In this document: positions 6,594 to 12,181 of the stretch, piece by piece | Layout: each line of letters starts with the position of its first letter | Position numbering within the stretch: position 1 is the stretch's first letter | Source: Thermoproteaceae archaeon | GTDB lineage: Archaea; Thermoproteota; Thermoprotei; Thermoproteales; Thermoproteaceae | Length of the DNA stretch: 12,181 nt | Assembly: GCA_020833025.1 (NCBI GenBank) | Contig: JAJHRB010000046.1 | Location: forward strand, 1 to 12,181 | Reading direction: 5' to 3' | The notes under the pieces: model-generated | Seen by the model: the letters and a program-made list of their open reading frames with translations, nothing else | Database searches by the model: none | Told to the model about the DNA's origin: nothing | Made by a program: the position numbers and the translations under genes

Positions 6594-7790
6594 CTACTCC
6601 GCGGCGGCGTAGAGGAGCTCGGCTATCCCGGTTACTCTCGCCCGCGCGCCAATTACCGCGAAGACTCTCTTGAGCTGTGCCTTGCACGTCGCGCACGGCC
6701 TAACGACGGTTCCGGCGTCGAAATTGCCATAGGCAGCCCTCCAGTACTTAGCGGCAATATCGAGCATTGCGGGCGCAATGAGCCCGCCGCCGCCGAAGCA
6801 ACACACAGATTCCTTGGGGTCTCTCCACATCTCAACGTACCGGCCCGCCAGTTCCTTGAGCAGGGCCCGGGGCTCGGTTACCAGCGGGATGCAGGACCTT
6901 GAGTAGTTGCACGGGTCCATGTACACAACCGGCTGTGCCAGCTCGACGCGTCTCAATTTCAACGTGCCTTTAAATACCGCTCTGTGCAGCAGCTGGTGCA
7001 CGTGTAACGCCGGCCTGGAAATACTGGGAACTACAAGTCGCGTGAAGACGTGCCACCCGTGCCCGCACTCGCCGAACACGACGAGCGCAGGCCTTGCTCT
7101 CTCGATCTCCTCGATGTACATCTCTGCAATCTTGTGCATGCAGCTCTCGCTTAGGTAATAGCCGTAATTCGCCGTGTCTGCAACCCTGGCGCTCACGACA
7201 GTGTCAAGCCCGAGCCTGCCTAGCAGGTAGATGTAGCCCTTCAGCGCGTCCTCAAACTCAAAAATATCAGAAGATGAGGGGAAGAGGAGCGCAGGCCTCC
7301 TGGGAGCCCCCGCATCTTGCTGCGTGTAGGCGTCGACGTAACCGCTATCCGTGCACACGAAAACCTGCGGCGCCTCGCCCCTCTCGCGCTCTATTTTTTT
7401 CACAATCGCGTGCAGCGCCAGAACTACGACCTCCTGCGGCATGCCCATGTTGTTCCCGCGCCTGAGGAAGTTCTCCACGACTCTCGCCACGTAGGGCAGG
7501 ACGCGCCCCCTCACGAAACCGCACTTCACCAGCGCGTCTCTCACTTGCCGCGTGACCTCGGCAACGTCAATGCCCAGAGGGCACGCGTAGGCACACCTCT
7601 TGCACATCGAGCACATGGAAAACAGCTCGCACAGCACGTCCTCCGGTGTCCGCGACCTCAGCAGTGACAGGCGGCCTGCCGGCGAGTAGCGCGGGTCCCC
7701 AGTTGCTACGTAAGACGGGCAGGACGCAATGCAGCTCCCGCACTGCATGCACATCAACGCGGCCAGCTTGGCGTACATTGCTGATAGCAC
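6594..7790 (-). CDS. dsrK: DsrK/HdrD-like Fe-S heterodisulfide-reductase-type catalytic subunit
   Basis: Two CX2CX2CX3CP motifs (C14-C24, C60-C70), GNNMG, FGECGH (241-244), and a CCG-type domain DPCN (C294)...CCFGGGG (C330/C331)...PCATCK (C366/C369). Start GTG 7790 or ATG 7778. Confidence 0.82.
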   Translation of the reverse strand: MLSAMYAKLAALMCMQCGSCIASCPSYVATGDPRYSPAGRLSLLRSRTPEDVLCELFSMCSMCKRCAYACPLGIDVAEVTRQVRDALVKCGFVRGRVLPYVARVVENFLRRGNNMGMPQEVVVLALHAIVKKIERERGEAPQVFVCTDSGYVDAYTQQDAGAPRRPALLFPSSSDIFEFEDALKGYIYLLGRLGLDTVVSARVADTANYGYYLSESCMHKIAEMYIEEIERARPALVVFGECGHGWHVFTRLVVPSISRPALHVHQLLHRAVFKGTLKLRRVELAQPVVYMDPCNYSRSCIPLVTEPRALLKELAGRYVEMWRDPKESVCCFGGGGLIAPAMLDIAAKYWRAAYGNFDAGTVVRPCATCKAQLKRVFAVIGARARVTGIAELLYAAAE

Positions 7791-7806
7791 AGGTGCCAGG
7801 CGCTCC

Positions 7807-7847
7807 TTTTAAGCTTGTCGGGCAGCCCCGAGAGAGACTTTTATTTT
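7807..7847. promoter_or_regulatory. Divergent promoters for the dsrK-like and dsrM-like genes
   Basis: TTAAAA on minus (7812-7807) upstream of dsrK; TTTTATTTT (7839-7847) 20-28 nt upstream of GTG 7867. Confidence 0.45.
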
Positions 7848-7866
7848 GCCGGCAGGGAAGGGTGCG

Positions 7867-8448
7867 GTGCTTGTGGCACTGTTCTGCGCCGCGCTTGCGG
7901 TTTCGCTGGCAACAGCCGGCTACAGAGCAGTCAGAGCGGCGGGGGCAGCGCCGCTCGCCGTGGCGCCTCAGAGCGTGGCGCGGCTTCTTACATTTGGCAG
8001 CATGGGCGGCACGGCGCGCGCGCTCGCGCTCGCGTTTCACGCCTCGGTCGCATTGTCGCTTGCCGGTCACGCGCTCGCGCCACTCGCGCGGGAATGCGCG
8101 TGGCCCAGCGCGCCGGCGATGCTTACTGGCATTCTCTCTCTGGCGTCTCTCGCGGCCATGAGCTTGGCGCGCCCTCGCGGCCTCCCGCCAGGGCGCGTGC
8201 TCGCGCGCGCCCTCGCAGCGCTCACCATAGCCTCTGGCACCCTCCTCCGAGTCAGTGAGTGGGCCGCCCCCGCGGCGCCGTGGCACGCACTGCTGGCGCT
8301 GCATGCTGCCAGCGCGGCCGCGCTCGCACTATCAGTGCCGTTCACGCCGATGGCGCACTTGATGTCACTGCCAGTATGCATGGTACTTAGATACAGAGAT
8401 AAGAAAATTAAGCAGAGGCTAAAACGCGCCCTCGTGGAGCTTGTATAA
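7867..8448 (+). CDS. dsrM: DsrM/NarI-like di-haem b membrane cytochrome
   Basis: About 5 hydrophobic segments; His pairs F-H-X9-H (codons 8038, 8068) and H-X17-H with PFT (LHAASAAALALSVPFTPMAH; codons 8302, 8356), the NarI/DsrM haem-ligand spacing. Start GTG 7867 by TATA spacing (TTG 7846 in the ORF track). Confidence 0.72.
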   Translation: MLVALFCAALAVSLATAGYRAVRAAGAAPLAVAPQSVARLLTFGSMGGTARALALAFHASVALSLAGHALAPLARECAWPSAPAMLTGILSLASLAAMSLARPRGLPPGRVLARALAALTIASGTLLRVSEWAAPAAPWHALLALHAASAAALALSVPFTPMAHLMSLPVCMVLRYRDKKIKQRLKRALVELV

Positions 8449-8849
8449 TGACGGCGGCCGTGAGCGCGATGAGAAAATAGGAGGTGTCTCCACGCTCCCT
8501 TTTAGCCCCTACCGCCCTCCGGAGGCCGGCGCTCCTTGCATCGAGGCGAGACTCTACCAACGGTGCGCCCGGAATGCGGCCTAGAGACGAATAGAGGCGA
8601 GGTGCCGACATTGTGGCAGTGGAGAGGTTTGACGTGTTACTCCAGATTGCCAAATTCCAATCCCTCTTTTCCTTCTCCCGAGTGTTTATCAACCCCAGCA
8701 GCGCTCCAGCGCACGGAGAGGCCGCTGCCCAGCCGCCCTCTAGGCTGCCCAGGCGCAATCTGCTTGGCTGCGCCGCCCCGCCGCCGAGCCCCCGGGCCAT
8801 CTGGACCCCCTCGTCCCACTCCTTTTTCTCCCCTCCCCTCCGGCTTCCC

Positions 8850-9317
8850 GTGGGACGGCACAAGAGCACCCACACCGGAGGGCCCCGTGACGGCGCGACG
8901 TACGACGAGGTCTCCGCAGGCGCCGTGGTGTTCTACAGGGGCGACACGGTGAAGTACCTGCTGCTCTACTACCCAGCCGGGCACTGGGACTGGCCTAAGG
9001 GTAATGTAGAGCCCGGCGAGACTCCCGAGCAGGCAGCGCTGAGGGAGGTGAAAGAGGAGACAGGCCTCGAGGTAGAGCTCCTGCCCGGGTTTAGAGAGGA
9101 GGTGGAGTACGTGTACTCCCGCGGGAGGCGCAGAATTCGCAAGAAGGTTGTCTTCTTCCTCGCGCGAGCGCATAGCGATGACGTGAGGCTGAGCTGGGAG
9201 CACGAGGGCTACGCGTGGCTCACGTACGACAGGGCTCTCGCGAGAATAACATATGACTCATCGCGGCGCGTGCTCGTCAAGGCACACAAATACCTGAGGC
9301 AGCTCGGCCTCGCCTAG
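8850..9317 (+). CDS. NUDIX hydrolase, Ap4A hydrolase-like
   Basis: NUDIX box GNVEPGETPEQAALREVKEETGL, plus SAGAVVF, HWDWPKG and LSWEHEGYAW. The start is uncertain; GTG 8850 is the nearest in-frame canonical start upstream of the domain. Confidence 0.9.
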   Translation: MGRHKSTHTGGPRDGATYDEVSAGAVVFYRGDTVKYLLLYYPAGHWDWPKGNVEPGETPEQAALREVKEETGLEVELLPGFREEVEYVYSRGRRRIRKKVVFFLARAHSDDVRLSWEHEGYAWLTYDRALARITYDSSRRVLVKAHKYLRQLGLA

Positions 9318-9366
9318 CCCTGCCGCGGAGCGAACGCGCAGGGCACGGCGGTTGAGCTGGCTTGCC

Positions 9367-10074
9367 TCAGCGCGGGAGGCCCGCCGGCCTCTCGCGCCTC
9401 CTTAACAGCTCGCTCACAACGCGGGGGGCCTCTCTCAGCGAGCGCACCGTGGCGTCTGGCGTGACGTCGGAGAGCTTGAGCCCCAGCCTGCTCAAATAGG
9501 CTCTCGCCTCTCTCTCCCAGTCGCCGTAAAACACCGCGAGGAGGCCAAACCTCTTGGGGAAGTAGACGTCAAAGGCAGGATTGTCGCCAATAATAACATC
9601 GGCACCGCGGAAGAACTCGGCGCACGTCTTGGGGCACCTGTGCGCATCCGACGTCCTCACGCCGTCTACAAGCGAGTAGATGCCGAGATGCCGCAAGACT
9701 GGCAATTGGTAGCGCGCGTGACCGTTAGTCGCCACCTCGACGCGATACCCTCCGGCCTTCAGCGCGGTTACTGCCTCAACGGCCCCCTCGTTGAGCGTGA
9801 ACTCGTGCAGGTGGCGGCTAAGCGCCTCAAGCACGTCGGGAGCGCCGCCGGCGCCGAGCTCCCTTGCCGTTCTGTTGAAGACCTCCTGCCAGTCAAACGC
9901 GCGCCAGTCAAGCGCTCTCAGGAGCTCTGCGCTTATTGCCATGGCCCTGGCGCACACGCTCTCCGCGCTCGTGCCCGCGGCCCCGGCTATTTGCCTGCAC
10001 ACATCAGCAAATGTCGAGCTCCACGACCCTCTCGGTATCAGTGTGCCGTCGAGGTCTATCAGAACAGTCGCCAT
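9367..10074 (-). CDS. HAD-superfamily hydrolase, subfamily IA
   Basis: From ATG 10074 (235 aa): motif I IDLDGTL, motif II VATNG, motif III PK, motif IV IGDNPAFD. It overlaps the DGGGP synthase 3' end by 16 nt. Confidence 0.88.
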   Translation of the reverse strand: MATVLIDLDGTLIPRGSWSSTFADVCRQIAGAAGTSAESVCARAMAISAELLRALDWRAFDWQEVFNRTARELGAGGAPDVLEALSRHLHEFTLNEGAVEAVTALKAGGYRVEVATNGHARYQLPVLRHLGIYSLVDGVRTSDAHRCPKTCAEFFRGADVIIGDNPAFDVYFPKRFGLLAVFYGDWEREARAYLSRLGLKLSDVTPDATVRSLREAPRVVSELLRRRERPAGLPR

Positions 10075-10904
10075 GCCGCCTCTGCCGCCAGCGCTATTAG
10101 CGTCGCGCCAAATGCCACGAGAGTCCCCGTCCTGTACGCCTCTAAACGCCCCCTGATTGCCTCGACTGAGAGAATTGTAAGCGCGACGTTCGTGGCGGCA
10201 GCGCCAGCGGCCAGTGCCGCGAGCCGCGCGTCGAGCGCCACTAGCACGAGAATCCAGCCAAGCGCCGTGGAGGACAGCGTGAGGGCCGCGCCGAGCAGCA
10301 CAGAACGGCGCGGCCCTATGACGGCCGCTATGGTCCTCACGCCGGCTCTCAAGTCGCCCTCGTAATCCAGCGCCGCCTTTACGAACTCCCTGCCGAGAGC
10401 TGCCAGCAGCGAGGAGGCAAATAACAGCAAGAGCGCGGGCGCGAGCGCGCCAGCGCACGCCATGCCGTAAATATACGTCATTGAGGTGATGATAGAAACG
10501 GCGAGGCTGCCGGCCACAGGAATGCGCTTCAGCCTCGAGTTGTACAGTATTCCGAGCGCAACCGCGGCGGCATAGACGAGCGGGGGCGCCGGGCCCAGCG
10601 CGAGTCCCAGCAGCAATGAGGCAAGCGCGCCGGCTGCGAGCGAGCTGTATGCCACCACGCGCGCCGCTCTGATGCTAATAGCGCCGGTGACGAGCGGCGC
10701 GCCGGGCCTGTTTATTCTGTCCTCCGCCAAGTTGCAGAGGTCGTTGTGCGCAAAAAGACACGCCTCTGCCAGAAACGTTGACGCGACGACCAGCGCGATT
10801 GCAAGCGCGTCGCGCCCGCCTGCAATCACGTAGGACGACGAGGACGCGAGCGCTGCCAGCACGCCGTGCTCGCCTCTAGTGAGCCGCCAGAGGTGCTGGA
10901 GCAC
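10059..10904 (-). CDS. Digeranylgeranylglyceryl phosphate synthase (UbiA prenyltransferase family)
   Basis: 281 aa, multi-TM; first acidic motif NDLCNLAEDRINRPGAPL, YNSRLK, second motif GREFVKAALDYEGDLRAGVRT. Confidence 0.85.
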   Translation of the reverse strand: MLQHLWRLTRGEHGVLAALASSSSYVIAGGRDALAIALVVASTFLAEACLFAHNDLCNLAEDRINRPGAPLVTGAISIRAARVVAYSSLAAGALASLLLGLALGPAPPLVYAAAVALGILYNSRLKRIPVAGSLAVSIITSMTYIYGMACAGALAPALLLLFASSLLAALGREFVKAALDYEGDLRAGVRTIAAVIGPRRSVLLGAALTLSSTALGWILVLVALDARLAALAAGAAATNVALTILSVEAIRGRLEAYRTGTLVAFGATLIALAAEAAWRLF

Positions 10905-10923
10905 AAAGGCGCAGAAGCCTAGC

Positions 10924-10929
10924 TTTAAT
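10924..10929 (-). promoter_or_regulatory. TATA box of the DGGGP synthase-HAD pair
   Basis: ATTAAA on minus, 20-25 nt upstream of GTG 10904. Confidence 0.5.
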
Positions 10930-11213
10930 GCTGACCCCGCGCGGGAAGCGGCCGGGGCTCTCGCCGCGGGGCCTGCGTCTCAAAGCAGTAGGAGCCGCGC
11001 GCATTCCGGGGGCCGGCGCCCCTCAACTATCTCGCCGCGACGAAGGGCGGCACTTAACCCGCGCTCAGGGGGCCGGGTCTAGTCGATACTCCCGGCGCGC
11101 CATCTCGCGCAGAAGTCCGCGCGCAGGCTGGGAGCCGGGGCGCGCGATCAGGCGCAATCAATTGACGGGGGCCGGAGGTTGCCTCGATTCCCCGCAGGCT
11201 CCCCATCATCCCC

Positions 11214-11972
11214 TCACCTCGCGGGCGGGCTGCGTGCGGGCTGGCGCGGCTCCGAGGAGGCGGGCATCGCCTCGAGGATGTTCTCAGCCACTTGGGCGAG
11301 GTATACCGGCAGCTCCTGATAGCTCACCGGTATTGCGCCGTCGACGCGGAGATCGCAGTTTAGGCTGTGCCTCACGAGAATTTTCACGTCTGCCTCGCGC
11401 CACGCGGGGAGGTCGTTTTCGCTGTCGCCTACGTAAACTACATACCTGACGCCGAGAAACGCCTTGAGGAGGCGCACAGCACTCCCCTTATCTGCTCCGG
11501 CGCCGTAAACGTCCGCAAGGGGACGTCTGGCGTATCTCAGGACCTTAAGCCCGAGCCGTCCAGCGAGCTGGAGGACGTCCTCGAGGTCTCTCGGCGGCGT
11601 CCCTCTCTCTCGCCAGTCCACCGTGAACCCCGCCAGTCTCCCTCCCCAGACCCTCTTCGGCTCCACGTAGGCATCTAGGCCCAGTGCCGCCCTGTATGCC
11701 TCCTCCACCGTCTCGAACTTTACGTCGCGGGCCACGGCCACGTACTCGCCGGCCCTCACCTCTATCCCGTTTATACAGGCATACGCCGCTGCATAAGGCA
11801 CGGCCCGGGAGGCAAACTCGCAGTCCTTCGTCGTCACCACCGCTACCGGTATCAGCTCGGCGAGCCTCCTCAATGTCTGGTCGAGCTGCGGCGGCACTTG
11901 CGGCCGGGGCCGGACAAGCTCCGGCGGAATAAGCGTCCCGTCGAGGTCTGTGAAGAGGGCGATATTTGCCAT
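11214..11972 (-). CDS. HAD-IIB phosphatase, trehalose-6-phosphate phosphatase-like
   Basis: From ATG 11972 (252 aa): FTDLDGTL, VVTTK, CINGIE, cap VEPK...FTVDWR, ADKGSAV and YVGDSENDLPAW. Confidence 0.8.
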   Translation of the reverse strand: MANIALFTDLDGTLIPPELVRPRPQVPPQLDQTLRRLAELIPVAVVTTKDCEFASRAVPYAAAYACINGIEVRAGEYVAVARDVKFETVEEAYRAALGLDAYVEPKRVWGGRLAGFTVDWRERGTPPRDLEDVLQLAGRLGLKVLRYARRPLADVYGAGADKGSAVRLLKAFLGVRYVVYVGDSENDLPAWREADVKILVRHSLNCDLRVDGAIPVSYQELPVYLAQVAENILEAMPASSEPRQPARSPPAR

Positions 11973-11992
11973 AGTATTTGCGCTCTCCGCGC

Positions 11993-11998
11993 TTAATA
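11993..11998 (-). promoter_or_regulatory. TATA box of the HAD-IIB gene
   Basis: TATTAA on minus, 21-26 nt upstream of ATG 11972; this supports 11972 over the track start at 12140. Confidence 0.55.
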
Positions 11999-12115
11999 GA
12001 GGTTGAGGCCAAGCATCGCGTTTAGCGGGGCGGGCCGCGCACGCCCCCGCGCAGACGCCTCCTTCCAGCCACGGCAGGACACGCCCTGGGCCTCCCGGGG
12101 CGGGGCCGCGGCGGG

Positions 12116-12125
12116 TTTTTTTTAA
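12116..12125 (+). other. T8-AA tract: archaeal oligo-T terminator or TATA box of an off-window gene
   Basis: TTTTTTTTAA directly after a G-rich, hairpin-capable segment; the two functions cannot be told apart here. Confidence 0.35.
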
Positions 12126-12181
12126 CTCCGAATGCGCCACATACCTGCCGGGCGACTACTTTGAGGTTGTGAGCGGCGTGC

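Noticed and set aside
8445-8490. Possible box C/D sRNA (ATAATGA...GTGA...GCGATGA)
   Set aside because: The first guide is only 8 nt and there is no terminal CTGA D box.
8595-8630. GADIVAVER and overlapping CRHCG resembling TnpB RuvC-II and zinc finger
   Set aside because: The motifs are in different frames at the same position, in the wrong order, with no other TnpB or IS-end features.
8613-8849. N-terminal 79 codons of track ORF 8613..9317
   Set aside because: Pro/Ser-rich sequence unrelated to the NUDIX fold; probably an open-frame artefact of high GC.
3094-9203. Many long overlapping track ORFs (for example 3094..3705, 5044..5613, 5698..6345, 6348..6902, 7567..8304, 8637..9203)
   Set aside because: They are Arg/Pro/Ala-rich shadow frames of well-supported genes, expected at this GC content, with no recognisable motifs.
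10075-10458. N-terminal extension of track ORF 9367..10458
   Set aside because: It is an alternative frame within the DGGGP synthase gene; HAD motif I follows ATG 10074 directly.
11148-11209. Box C/D-like ends on minus (ATGATGG...CTGA, 62 nt)
   Set aside because: The C box is imperfect, and no D'/C' pair with 10-12 nt guides fits between the ends.
10930-11213. SRP RNA, RNase P RNA or CRISPR array in this interval
   Set aside because: No SRP helix-8 (CCAGG..GGAA..AGCA) or RNase P CR-I/CR-V motif on either strand; the repeats are too short and irregular for CRISPR.
11973-12140. N-terminal extension of track ORF 11214..12140
   Set aside because: Low-complexity and crosses the TATA element; motif I follows ATG 11972.
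12022-12181. Open minus frame HAAHNLKVVARQVCG... resembling a transposase C-terminus
   Set aside because: Only a 4-residue resemblance at the window edge, with no terminal inverted repeat or target duplication.

Overview
A 12.2 kb, GC-rich stretch (about 60-65% by spot counts) of a crenarchaeal chromosome. The proteins look Thermoproteaceae-like (Pyrobaculum/Thermoproteus type), most starts are GTG, and TATA-like elements sit about 20-28 nt upstream of them. Gene order: partial His-type thi4 (-), small hypothetical (+), NiaP-like MFS transporter (-), NAD-kinase-like protein fused to a winged HTH (+), ABC-2 ATPase and permease (+), QueF-like archaeosine synthase (-), dihydroorotase pyrC (+), DsrC-like (+), DsrK-like (-), DsrM/NarI-like (+), Ap4A-type NUDIX hydrolase (+), HAD-IA hydrolase (-), DGGGP synthase (-) and a trehalose-phosphatase-like HAD-IIB (-). 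Four things stand out. (1) A compact dsrC/dsrK/dsrM-like trio has no dsrAB in the window and an unusual orientation; its DsrC-like gene is low-GC and C-terminally extended, and a perfect 44-bp palindrome separates dsrC from dsrK. (2) The NAD-kinase-wHTH gene faces away from a NiaP-like transporter across two palindromes. (3) A HAD phosphatase overlaps the end of the ether-lipid prenyltransferase. (4) Two intervals of about 300-400 bp remain unexplained. No tRNA, rRNA, CRISPR array or intact mobile element is supported. All family assignments come from motifs read by eye; no database search was run.
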